Assembly (NCBI GenBank): GCA_938014855.1
Contig: CALLQM010000217.1
Coordinates: forward strand, 1-34,721
Source of the DNA: an uncultured Clostridia bacterium
GTDB taxonomy: Bacteria > Bacillota > Clostridia > Oscillospirales > Ruminococcaceae
Direction: 5' to 3'
Length of the DNA stretch: 34,721 nt
Part shown: one piece after another, positions 1 through 8,318 of the stretch
Layout: each line of letters begins with the position of its first letter
Numbering within the stretch: the first letter of the stretch is position 1
The notes under the pieces: model-generated
Told to the model about the DNA's origin: nothing
What the model saw: only the letters and a program-made list of their open reading frames with translations
Databases searched by the model: none
Program-made: the position numbers and the translations under genes

Positions 1-49
1 ACGAGATACAGTGGTGTGACTGGAGTTCAGACGTGTGCTCTTCCGATCT
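1..49 (+). other. Illumina TruSeq P7/i7 adapter remnant (artefact)
   Basis: ACGAGAT (end of P7) + 8-nt index ACAGTGGT + GTGACTGGAGTTCAGACGTGTGCTCTTCCGATCT (16-49), matching the TruSeq read-2 primer sequence. Confidence 0.98.
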
Positions 50-309
50 CACGGCTGACACCGATGCTTTTGACAGGCGGCGTGCCCGCGGCAGAGGCGC
101 AGGCGCTCGCCTGCAATTGTGTTTTGCTTTGGCAGGTGCTGGAAAACGGGGAAGCAGGAAATGTACCGGAAGATATTTTGCGGCGGTTTACCTTGCGGCA
201 GATTGCCGATCTCTGTGAGCTTTATTGGAAACAGTATGATTTTTCGGAGTTTGCGGTCAATGAAAGCTATGACCAACCGGAACGGGCGGGAGATGAGAAA
301 CGTGGTTAA
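50..309 (+). CDS. 5'-truncated protein, possibly a phage tail assembly chaperone
   Basis: Open frame running from the adapter junction to TAA 309; overlaps the next gene; position upstream of the baseplate genes. The MTGVQTCALPI N-terminus of the ORF track is adapter-derived. Confidence 0.45.
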
Positions 310-637
310 CCTTGCGGCAGAACTCGCACAGCATTTAGAACTCTATAATCGGTATTATCAATCGCGTACATCGGTGGAAGTGCCGCAAAAGATTGATGCT
401 CCGATGGTGCAGGATCTCTATTTGGATACCGAAAAGCCATTGGGAATCGACATGACGGAGAAAAACAAAGCGGATACACCGTCCGATCAAGTCCAACAAA
501 CTGAAAATCCAATTGTAACCTATCGTTCCCCGATTCCGGGAGATTTGGATTTTTTGGGGCTGATTAATGACCGGCTGAAAACACAGGCCAGACGGTATCC
601 GCACCCGATTACGAACGAAATGGAGGAATTGGGCTGA
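293..637 (+). CDS. Hypothetical 114-aa protein in the slot normally held by the tape-measure gene
   Basis: ATG 293 after GGGCGGGAG; TGA overlaps the next ATG (TGATG 635-639). Confidence 0.65.
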   Translation: MRNVVNLAAELAQHLELYNRYYQSRTSVEVPQKIDAPMVQDLYLDTEKPLGIDMTEKNKADTPSDQVQQTENPIVTYRSPIPGDLDFLGLINDRLKTQARRYPHPITNEMEELG

Positions 638-1005
638 TGACGGCTAATCTGCAGTTTGGAGACTATGTGTTTTCGCACAATCCGCACAAAATTGAGCTAG
701 TCTGCAATCAAAACCTTGCGTCGTATTTTCTGCCGTTTTACGGTGCGATTACGCAGAACCTCGGCGCACAATGCCGTGCGGTGCACTGCGAGGGGGAAGT
801 ATTTTCTGAAGATGTGCAACAGGCGGCTCAAACAGCCGCACAGATCGGTGCACTGCACGGACGCAGGGAAATGCTGTATCTGCCGACGGGGGAACATTTT
901 CCTGCGGTGGTCTCCCGCTTTTCGTGTACGGCGCAGGGCAACGGAAAAGTACTGGCTTACCGGCTGGACTTTTTGGAAACGAGTACCAATCAGGAGGCAA
1001 AGTAA
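637..1005 (+). CDS. Tail tube initiator-like protein (Mu-type DNA-circularisation N-terminal/XkdP-like, no LysM)
   Basis: Size, F..NP..I and L.LP.G...F..V..F...Y.L.F.E pattern, position just before the hub. Confidence 0.55.
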   Translation: MTANLQFGDYVFSHNPHKIELVCNQNLASYFLPFYGAITQNLGAQCRAVHCEGEVFSEDVQQAAQTAAQIGALHGRREMLYLPTGEHFPAVVSRFSCTAQGNGKVLAYRLDFLETSTNQEAK

Positions 1006-1977
1006 TTGAGCGTATCGACTAAAAATTTAAGATTTTATGGACTGGATCACCGAACGTTCCGCTTTGATCTGCCGCGGCCGCTGGAATTTGAATTGGTGCA
1101 GTCATTTGATTCGCCGGCACATTCTTTTGAAGCGATTTTTCCATGTGACCAGCTTGATCCGGAATTTCATTATGTGGAGTTTTGGAATGGAAACAAGCGT
1201 CTGTTTCGCGGGATGACCGATGAGCAGACGATAACCGTCAATGATACCGGTCGCAGGCTCAAACTGATTGCAAGGAGCCAAGGCGCGCTCCTGCTGGATA
1301 GTGAGGCACGTCCGCAGAAGCATGAAAACATTGATCTAAAAGATATGTTTGACTGCCATCTTCGTCCGTATGGATTTATGTATCTTGATGCGGACTATAT
1401 CCCGTTTTTTAATAATTTCCCGATTCAAAAAGGGACAAGCGAATGGGAAGCATTCTATCGGTTCTTCCGAAACAGCAACCATGGAACACCCTATATAACT
1501 GCAGACAATCGGGTGGTGTGTCATTTGGATCCGAATACCGGGGTGACGCATAAAATTTCCAATCAAGACCCGGATGCACTGCATTACAGCAATTTAAAAA
1601 TGGTCAATAACCGATATTCCCCGATTACGGAATATATCATTCGCAATCAGGACGGTTTATACAGCTATTGTTATCAAAATCCGGATCAAACAACCGGGCT
1701 GACCCGACGGCGGTACCTGATTCCGTCGGGAGAGTTTTTGGACAGAGATTTCAGAGGGTGGAACGAGGCGGCGGTTCGCATTTTGCGCTCGATGCTGGGA
1801 AAACAGGTGATTACGGTAACGGTTCCGGGTTATCAGGATGCTTCAATCTGTGACCGCGTCGCTTTGGATTGGGAACTGCAAACATTTCCCAGTTTGTTTG
1901 TTCATCAATTGCGCTGGAAGATGTCTGCCGCAGGCATGACCACAACGTTTACACTGCTTGATCCTCAATACTTATAG
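1006..1977 (+). CDS. Baseplate hub protein (XkdQ/gpD/Mu gp44-like)
   Basis: 323 aa; TTG start abutting the previous stop; GGAGG RBS; LFRGMTDEQ...L.ARSQGALLLDSEA pattern; C-terminal strands ending G.TT.FTL. Confidence 0.7.
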   Translation: MSVSTKNLRFYGLDHRTFRFDLPRPLEFELVQSFDSPAHSFEAIFPCDQLDPEFHYVEFWNGNKRLFRGMTDEQTITVNDTGRRLKLIARSQGALLLDSEARPQKHENIDLKDMFDCHLRPYGFMYLDADYIPFFNNFPIQKGTSEWEAFYRFFRNSNHGTPYITADNRVVCHLDPNTGVTHKISNQDPDALHYSNLKMVNNRYSPITEYIIRNQDGLYSYCYQNPDQTTGLTRRRYLIPSGEFLDRDFRGWNEAAVRILRSMLGKQVITVTVPGYQDASICDRVALDWELQTFPSLFVHQLRWKMSAAGMTTTFTLLDPQYL

Positions 1978-1994
1978 GAAAGGATGGATGACCA

Positions 1995-2348
1995 ATGGAT
2001 GTTTTACTAAAAGACGGTGACATTGTGTTGGATCACCGCGGAACGCCTGTCCGCATCGAGGGAAATCGGGAACTGGCACAACAGGCGGTCATTCGGCTTG
2101 CGGTCAAGCGCGGTTCTCTGCCGTTTGACCCGTCGTTTGGAAGCCGTCTGCATCAGATCAGGCGGTTCGGTTCTCAAAAACAAATGGAACAAGAGGCGCT
2201 CGCGGCGGTGCGTGAAGCGCTTGCTCCGATGCAGAAACTGCGTGTGCTTTCGGCAGGCTGTCGGTACGACGCAGAAAACAGCCGTTTAACGGTACAGGTG
2301 CAAGCCGCCGCGGGTGCGGTTCCGCTGGCTTTGGAGGTGGCAGTATGA
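1995..2348 (+). CDS. Baseplate/sheath initiator, gp25/GPW/XkdS-like
   Basis: 117 aa; QQA.IRL..KRGSLPFDPSFGSRL motif typical of gp25/gp46-like proteins; AGGA RBS. Confidence 0.8.
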   Translation: MDVLLKDGDIVLDHRGTPVRIEGNRELAQQAVIRLAVKRGSLPFDPSFGSRLHQIRRFGSQKQMEQEALAAVREALAPMQKLRVLSAGCRYDAENSRLTVQVQAAAGAVPLALEVAV

Positions 2349-3388
2349 CAGAAACAGATTTTTATAAAGAAATGGAAGAAACCTACCGCAGTCTGACCGG
2401 CATCACTCCGGATGCGGCATCCGATACCGCAATTCGATTCCATACACTAGCGGCTGAACTGGAGAACATGTCCGCTCGTTTGGAGCAGGCGGAAACGCAG
2501 GCTTTTCCGCAGACAGCAACCGGAAACACCCTTGATCTGCATGCGCAAAGCAGAGGAATGGCGCGTAAACAGGCGGCTTTTGCAGAAGGAACCATCGTAT
2601 TCAGCCGTGCAGGGGCAAAAGGTGCGCGCATCATTCCAAAAGGAACGGTTTGCGTAACCGCGGACGGAACGGAATATGTAACCACGGAATCCACCACTCT
2701 AGCAGACGGCGAGGCGCAGGTGAGCGCCAAGGCAAGGGCGGTTCATGCAGGAGCCAATGGAAATGCGGCGGCCGGTACGATTCTTCGTGTTCGGCAGTTG
2801 ATGGGGCTGACTGCAGACAATCCGGAGCCTTTTACAGGCGGGCGGGATGCAGAAAGCGACCAAGCCCTGCGCAGACGCTTGCTGGATGCATGGTCTCAAC
2901 CGAATACCGGAATTAACGCGGCTTATTACCGCCAAACGGCGCAATCATTGGACGGTGTTCAGTCCGCAGTCTGTTGTGCGGGGGAACTTCCGGGAGAGGT
3001 TATTGTTTATTTAGCGGGGGAAGATGCAAAGCCTATGCCGGATGCATTTCTTTTGGTGGCAGAAAAAAAGCTAGGTGAACTGCGCGAGCCGTTTGCAACG
3101 GTTCAGGTTCAAAACGCAGAGATTCTTTCCACCGATATTTCTGTAGCGGTGGAATATTTACCGGGGACAAAAGCGGATGCAGCCGACCGCCTGCGGCAGG
3201 CTATGCGTGCTTCTATCAATTCGCTTGCAGTTGGCGAAAAACTCACACTGGCAAATTTAACACGCATGATTATAAAAAGCGGTTTGGCAGAAAATTGGAA
3301 GTTTCTTTCGCCTAAGCAGGATATGGTGCCGGAAACCTCACAGGTGCTGCTGGCAGGGCCGATTACACTCGTTTCATGGGAGGCGTAG
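2345..3388 (+). CDS. Baseplate J/gp47 (XkdT-like) wedge protein
   Basis: FPQTATGNTLD.HA..RG..RK.A..AEG, IPKGT, A...GA.GN, FTGG.DAESD.ALR.R motifs; ATGA overlap. Confidence 0.92.
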   Translation: MTETDFYKEMEETYRSLTGITPDAASDTAIRFHTLAAELENMSARLEQAETQAFPQTATGNTLDLHAQSRGMARKQAAFAEGTIVFSRAGAKGARIIPKGTVCVTADGTEYVTTESTTLADGEAQVSAKARAVHAGANGNAAAGTILRVRQLMGLTADNPEPFTGGRDAESDQALRRRLLDAWSQPNTGINAAYYRQTAQSLDGVQSAVCCAGELPGEVIVYLAGEDAKPMPDAFLLVAEKKLGELREPFATVQVQNAEILSTDISVAVEYLPGTKADAADRLRQAMRASINSLAVGEKLTLANLTRMIIKSGLAENWKFLSPKQDMVPETSQVLLAGPITLVSWEA

Positions 3389-3391
3389 GCG

Positions 3392-3985
3392 GTGGGACTA
3401 TTTGAAACAACAGCCGCAACGGGGTTGTATCGGCTGAAAAAAGGGAGTGCCATTGTCCATGAACTGCTGGCAATGCAGGCGGGAATCGATCTGTTAAACG
3501 ACCGAATCGACCGATTGGAACGGGCGCCGTTTGCGGATCAAATGGACAGGCTCCAACTGGAGCAAGCCTGTTTGCGGTACGGATTAGACGTTTCGGATAA
3601 ATGCAGGGATGCGCAATTGCGCCGCGCTGTAAAAGCGCTGTATGCGCCGCTTTCTTGCAGTTTACGCAGTATCGAATCATTTTTTGAAAAGATGGGCTGT
3701 AACATTCAGCTGGAGGAGCGGCCTGAGCGGTGTGTTGCGGTCAAAGGAGCAATTGGCGGGCTGTTTGAGGATTGCGGCGCATTGTGCTGTTTGCTGGCAA
3801 AGCTTCTCCCACAGGATTGCAAAATTTTAGAAGAACTGGGCGTTTTGACATGGAATATGATCGATGCATGGGATGTTACCGTTACCGATTTCGATGCGCA
3901 GGATTTTACATGGACTTGGTTTGAGACCAACGGGCATCTGCTGGATGACATATGGAAAGGACGGGATGTTAATGGCAAGCAGTAA
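3392..3985 (+). CDS. Baseplate wedge partner (YmfQ/XkdU/DUF2313-like)
   Basis: GTG start with GGAGG RBS directly after baseplate J; C-terminal Trp/Asp-rich TW..ID...FD..DFTW motif. Confidence 0.6.
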   Translation: MGLFETTAATGLYRLKKGSAIVHELLAMQAGIDLLNDRIDRLERAPFADQMDRLQLEQACLRYGLDVSDKCRDAQLRRAVKALYAPLSCSLRSIESFFEKMGCNIQLEERPERCVAVKGAIGGLFEDCGALCCLLAKLLPQDCKILEELGVLTWNMIDAWDVTVTDFDAQDFTWTWFETNGHLLDDIWKGRDVNGKQ

Positions 3986-4436
3986 CAGTACAGCAAATCT
4001 TCAGCTGAATCAGTGGCAGGGCTTGGATAAGCCCAAAATGGAGGATTTTAACAGTGATAATTTTAAAATAGATCAGGCGTTGGGAGCACACCTTTTGGAT
4101 GCGTCCAAGCATCTAAAGGACAGCGAACGGCAGACTTGGAATAACGGAATGCCAATTATTGGAAGATATACCGGAGACGGAAATAATACACAGCAAATTG
4201 AACTGGGATTTCGGCCTTCTTTCGGCATTGTGTTTGCGGTTGACCAAGCTCCGGTAAGGATAGCGGGCAGTGATATTGTCTTGCTTTCGGCGTTCATCGG
4301 TCCAGATGGCACCTCTTTGGGGCTGCTTCCAAACGATACGGGATTTACCGCTATTTATATTCCGAATGCAATGGGCGGGCGTATTACAAAATTAAATTTG
4401 GAAAATATTGTGTATCAATACATCGTTTTTCGGTAA
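3972..4436 (+). CDS. Short tail-fibre/receptor-binding-like protein (154 aa)
   Basis: N-terminal T.NL.LNQW...DKP.MEDFN.DN.KID fibre-attachment motif; GRYTGDG...I.LGF.P C-terminal domain; ATG 3972 more plausible than the ORF-track start. Confidence 0.65.
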   Translation: MASSNSTANLQLNQWQGLDKPKMEDFNSDNFKIDQALGAHLLDASKHLKDSERQTWNNGMPIIGRYTGDGNNTQQIELGFRPSFGIVFAVDQAPVRIAGSDIVLLSAFIGPDGTSLGLLPNDTGFTAIYIPNAMGGRITKLNLENIVYQYIVFR

Positions 4437-4505
4437 TAATTTTTATAAATGCGTTTCAGCCGCAATTTTAGGGGCTTATTCCCATAAAAATTTTATGTAG
4501 AGGTA

Positions 4506-4534
4506 TTGATTTTCTTTAAAAATCATGCTATTAT
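4506..4534 (+). promoter_or_regulatory. sigmaA promoter of rpsT
   Basis: TTGATT-17-TATTAT with extended TG. Confidence 0.65.
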
Positions 4535-4571
4535 AACTTGTACTGTCTAGTAAATCAAGGAGGTGTAACCT

Positions 4572-4835
4572 ATGCCGAACATCAAATCTTCCAAAAAGAG
4601 AGTGCTTGTCAGCAAGAGAAAGACTCTTCACAATAAAGCTGTTAAGACGAATCTGAGAACGATTTTGAAAAGAGCCGATGAAGCAATTGCTACCGGTGCT
4701 GCCGACAGCGCTGAGGCTGTGAAAGTGGCGATCAGAAAAGTGGATCAGGCTGTCGCGAAGAACCTGCTGCACAAAAATACTGCCGCACACAAAAAATCCG
4801 CATTGATGAAGAAGCTCGCTACTGCTTCGAAGTAA
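4572..4835 (+). CDS. rpsT: 30S ribosomal protein S20
   Basis: MPNIKSSKKRV...LHKNTAAHKKS; AAGGAGGTG RBS. Confidence 0.99.
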   Translation: MPNIKSSKKRVLVSKRKTLHNKAVKTNLRTILKRADEAIATGAADSAEAVKVAIRKVDQAVAKNLLHKNTAAHKKSALMKKLATASK

Positions 4836-4866
4836 GCGGACGGCTGGGCGAACACATCCGTTTTTG

Positions 4867-4897
4867 AAACACTGTCACCAATGGTGGCGGTGTTTTT
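4867..4897 (+). terminator. Intrinsic terminator after rpsT
   Basis: AAACACTGTCACCA/TGGTGGCGGTGTTT hairpin + T run. Confidence 0.7.
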
Positions 4898-4906
4898 GTT
4901 TTCTAG

Positions 4907-4935
4907 TTGACGAGGCTTGATTTTTGCGGTATGAT
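4907..4935 (+). promoter_or_regulatory. sigmaA promoter
   Basis: TTGACG-17-TATGAT. Confidence 0.6.
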
Positions 4936-4971
4936 AACAAAAACACGCACCCGCCAAAGGAGGGCTTGCAA

Positions 4972-5127
4972 ATGAATAAACGAAAATCTTTGTTTTCTAT
5001 GATGCTTCCATACGCGGCTGCATTGCTGCTGCTGTGCGTTGCGGCAGGCTATTCCATCTACCGCTATGCCAGCGAGCGCGCTTATTATGAGAGATGGAAG
5101 GATTATGACGACTGTGGGCTTGCTTGA
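4972..5127 (+). CDS. Small single-TM protein (51 aa) ending WKDYDDCGLA
   Basis: AAGGAGGG RBS; one hydrophobic helix. Confidence 0.7.
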   Translation: MNKRKSLFSMMLPYAAALLLLCVAAGYSIYRYASERAYYERWKDYDDCGLA

Positions 5128-5632
5128 TGAATCAGCGCAGTTAACCGGGGCTTCGGTTATAACTGTTTTGGCAAAGCGAGGCTTGCTTTTGTTTAAATCC
5201 GCGCTTTGCTTTTTTGTCTGCATCCTTCTATTGCTTTGGACGGATTTCGACGCCTTTTCTGGTACACTTCCATGGTATCGCGCTATGATCCCGCTTTGCC
5301 TTGCGGCCTTAGCCGCTGGGTTTGGGCTGTTTTTCTTGTTTTATGCCGGAAAGCGGCTGGAACTTTTGGAAGATGGAATCCGTTACCGAACGCTCTTTTT
5401 TAAATTAGAAGTACCCTATTCGCAAATTGTTCGTGTTCAGCTTTCATTAGAAGACGGAAAAGGCATGTTTGCAGGAAACCGCAGGTATTCTTATCACAGC
5501 GCGTCTCCGGTTTCTATGCTGTCTTTGTCGCTGAGTGACGGACGAAATTGGTCGTTTGGTTCCAATTTTTTCAGGGGATTGGAGCAGGCTGATATTGAAA
5601 TGAAAAAACGAATGATGCATCACCCGCAATAG
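5105..5632 (+). CDS. Two-TM membrane protein with bacterial PH-like C-terminal domain
   Basis: Two hydrophobic segments, then LE..EDGIRYR..F....VPYSQI pattern; start uncertain. Confidence 0.6.
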   Translation: MTTVGLLDESAQLTGASVITVLAKRGLLLFKSALCFFVCILLLLWTDFDAFSGTLPWYRAMIPLCLAALAAGFGLFFLFYAGKRLELLEDGIRYRTLFFKLEVPYSQIVRVQLSLEDGKGMFAGNRRYSYHSASPVSMLSLSLSDGRNWSFGSNFFRGLEQADIEMKKRMMHHPQ

Positions 5633-5633
5633 A

Positions 5634-5670
5634 AAAAAGAGCCGGCTGCGTTTCGCAGCCGGCTCTTTTT
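5634..5670. terminator. Bidirectional terminator
   Basis: AAAAAGAGCCGGCTGCG/CGCAGCCGGCTCTTTTT between convergent genes. Confidence 0.85.
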
Positions 5671-5673
5671 GCG

Positions 5674-6543
5674 TTACAGCAATTGATAATTTTTTAGAAC
5701 TTCGCGGTGTGTAAGCCATTCCAAACATTTTTCAAGCATGACCCCATACCGTGTATCGGTTCCGTAACTAAACGTAATTTTAATTGCAAGTTCCACAAAG
5801 CGGGTAGCGCGATCCATTGCAATCGGGAAACTGTCGCCTGTCACCATCGAACCGGTCAAAACGCTGGCGTAAATATCGCCGGTGCCTGGATAAGAAGTTG
5901 GAACATAATCATAGCCGACGTACGAAAAGGCGTTCTGTCCTTTGTCATAACCGACATTGGCACAGCCGTTGGTCATTTCAACTCCTGTAATCACCACATA
6001 GCGCGGCCCGAGTTCCGAAAGCCGCACAAGCATGCTTTTGAGTTTTTGACGCGTCAGCGGCTCGTGCTGAAACGGTTCTCCCAGCAGCAGATACGCTTCG
6101 GTTGGGTTCGGCGTAATGACATCGGCGGATTGCACCAGCATTTTCATTTTTTCCCGCAGTGCAGGTGTGCAGGTGCGATACGGTTTCCCGTGATCCCCCA
6201 TGACTGGGTCGACCACAGCGAGTGCCTTCGGATATTCGGCAATAAAAGCCTGCATGTCATCCGCTTGCGAAGGATTTGATAAAAATCCGGAATAAATTCC
6301 CTCAAATTCCAGTTTTAGGCGCTTATAATGGTCAACACAAGGGCTTATGTAATCGGTTAGATCCCGATATTCCACATCGCCCAAATTACCAGTATGCGTG
6401 GAAAGAACAGCGGTTGGGATCGGGCAGACCTGTATGCCCATTGAGGACAGCGTCGGAATTACAACGGCAAGGGAACTTCTCCCAAAACCGGCAAGGCCAT
6501 GAATGGCCGCAACACGCGGCGGACGATTTTGCAATAGATTCAC
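5674..6543 (-). CDS. pdxK: Pyridoxal/pyridoxamine kinase
   Basis: G.GRSSL, PTAVLSTHT, DPVMGDHG, ITPN.TEA, PGTGD motifs. Confidence 0.92.
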   Translation of the reverse strand: MNLLQNRPPRVAAIHGLAGFGRSSLAVVIPTLSSMGIQVCPIPTAVLSTHTGNLGDVEYRDLTDYISPCVDHYKRLKLEFEGIYSGFLSNPSQADDMQAFIAEYPKALAVVDPVMGDHGKPYRTCTPALREKMKMLVQSADVITPNPTEAYLLLGEPFQHEPLTRQKLKSMLVRLSELGPRYVVITGVEMTNGCANVGYDKGQNAFSYVGYDYVPTSYPGTGDIYASVLTGSMVTGDSFPIAMDRATRFVELAIKITFSYGTDTRYGVMLEKCLEWLTHREVLKNYQLL

Positions 6544-6681
6544 CAGCTTTTCATTTCAAAATTTTTGATAAATTGAGGTAGTAAGGAAAACTTGTTTCCA
6601 AAAAGTTGCGTAATGATTTTGCTGTGTCGGGATACAATAAAAAAGCGAGCTATCGCGAAAAAATCGGGAGGTCGGAAAAGT

Positions 6682-6864
6682 ATGAACAAAGCAACCACTA
6701 CTGCCGTTACCGGGATTGCCGTAGCCATGGCCGCCGGCACTGCAGCTTATATGATGGCCGGAAACCGCAATCAAAATACAGGCAGAAGAATCAAAAAAAA
6801 TGCATCAAAAGTAATCAAAACCCTCGGTAACATGCTGGACAGCGTAGAATATATGATACGCTGA
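6682..6864 (+). CDS. Small protein (60 aa), N-terminal hydrophobic helix plus basic amphipathic C-terminus
   Basis: GGGAGG RBS; ATG 6682; followed by a hairpin. Confidence 0.7.
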   Translation: MNKATTTAVTGIAVAMAAGTAAYMMAGNRNQNTGRRIKKNASKVIKTLGNMLDSVEYMIR

Positions 6865-6878
6865 CGCCGGCCAATCAT

Positions 6879-6901
6879 ACGCGGGAATCCTTCCCGCGTT
6901 T
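6879..6901. terminator. Hairpin terminator between convergent genes
   Basis: ACGCGGGAA-TCC-TTCCCGCGT-TT. Confidence 0.6.
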
Positions 6902-6910
6902 CTACATAGA

Positions 6911-8290
6911 TTAACCGATTTGAATTTTTCCTTCCGGCAGGATTTCTCTGCGGTTTGCCTTTGGACGCATTGCAAGCGCAAGGAAAAACGTGACCGGTCC
7001 AAGACGCCCGATATACATGGAAAAGATGAGCAAAAGCTTGGAAAGCGTGTTCGCAACCGATGTGACGCCGGATGACAGCCCGACGGTCGCAAAAGCGGAA
7101 ACGCTCTCAAACAGTGCATCGATGCCGGAAATGGCATGGGTGTTTTTCATGGTTACAATAATGCATACGGTTGTGATGGAAACGGCAAGTCCGCCCAAGA
7201 TTCCGACCGCAAACGACTTATATACCGCATTTTTGAGGACACGGCGATGAAAAATTGTGGTATCTTCATTGCCGCGGATGACACAATATACCGTCATAAA
7301 AATAACTGCGGCAGTCGTACATTTGATACCGCCGCCGGTCGATCCTGGAGCCGCACCAATAAACATCAGCAGACTGGATAAAAACTTTGTGATATCATGC
7401 AGTCGTTCGATCGAAATGGTATTGAATCCTGCTGTACGGCAGGAAACCGAATGGAACCACGATGCAAGAAGTTTTTGCCCCGGGGTGGATAAAGCACCTA
7501 ACGTTTCCGGATTGTTCCATTCCAGCAAAGCGGTAATCAGCATACCCAAAACAAGCAATACTCCTGTAATCACAAGCACGATGCGTGTGTGCAAAGTCAG
7601 CTGACGGCGGTTTTTATGTGCCGCAATAATGTCGTGGATTACGATGAATCCGATTCCGCCGATAATGATTAGCAGACCGATGGTAATCAGCACGGTTGGA
7701 TGATTATTATAATTGGTTAAAGAGACAAACGGCGCTTCTCGCCCTAACACGTCAAATCCGGCATTGCAAAATGCGGAAATCGATAGAAATATCGAAATAT
7801 AAATGCCATCTGTTCCGTATTTCGGGACAAATACGGTCATCAGCACGAGTGCGCCGATCAGTTCTACAACCAGAGCGGTGACAATTACGATTTTAACTAA
7901 AAATTGAACATCCGAATCAATGGATGACACCGACTCCTGCGCCAAATGCATCCCGCGCAGACCGAGTTTGCGCCCGATTGCGATATTAAAAAATACCGTC
8001 AATGTGACCAATCCAAGTCCGCCGATCTGAATGAGACAAAGGATGACGGTTTGTCCAAAAATCGACCAATGCGTAAATGTATCAAACACGACAAGTCCGG
8101 TCACACAAGTTGCGGATGTTGCAGTGAAGATACAATCGAGAAAAGAAGTCATCTCCTGGTTTCTGCTGGAAATGGGAAGCATCAAAAGCAACGTTCCCAG
8201 TAAAATCACGGCCGCAAAGCTCAAGGTAATGGTTCTGGTAGGAGATAAAAATAGGAATTTTTTTGCTGACCCACGATTATTCAAGAACAT
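6911..8290 (-). CDS. ktrB: Trk/Ktr potassium uptake membrane subunit (KtrB/TrkH family)
   Basis: Four pore motifs SATCVTGL, SAFCNAGF, RTAGFN, SAFATVGLS; GSTGGGIK. Confidence 0.93.
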   Translation of the reverse strand: MFLNNRGSAKKFLFLSPTRTITLSFAAVILLGTLLLMLPISSRNQEMTSFLDCIFTATSATCVTGLVVFDTFTHWSIFGQTVILCLIQIGGLGLVTLTVFFNIAIGRKLGLRGMHLAQESVSSIDSDVQFLVKIVIVTALVVELIGALVLMTVFVPKYGTDGIYISIFLSISAFCNAGFDVLGREAPFVSLTNYNNHPTVLITIGLLIIIGGIGFIVIHDIIAAHKNRRQLTLHTRIVLVITGVLLVLGMLITALLEWNNPETLGALSTPGQKLLASWFHSVSCRTAGFNTISIERLHDITKFLSSLLMFIGAAPGSTGGGIKCTTAAVIFMTVYCVIRGNEDTTIFHRRVLKNAVYKSFAVGILGGLAVSITTVCIIVTMKNTHAISGIDALFESVSAFATVGLSSGVTSVANTLSKLLLIFSMYIGRLGPVTFFLALAMRPKANRREILPEGKIQIG

Positions 8291-8318
8291 CGCCTGCCCT
8301 TACTTTAATATGTGTTCA

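Noticed and set aside
16-49. ORF starts MTGVQTCALPI and MCSSDL
   Set aside because: Both are translations of the Illumina adapter.
50-4436. Calling this an intact prophage, T6SS or eCIS outright
   Set aside because: No head, integrase, lysis, TssJLM, ClpV, AAA ATPase, VgrG or effector gene is visible, and the upstream part is missing.
4476-4790. 104-aa minus-strand ORF
   Set aside because: Antisense shadow of rpsT.
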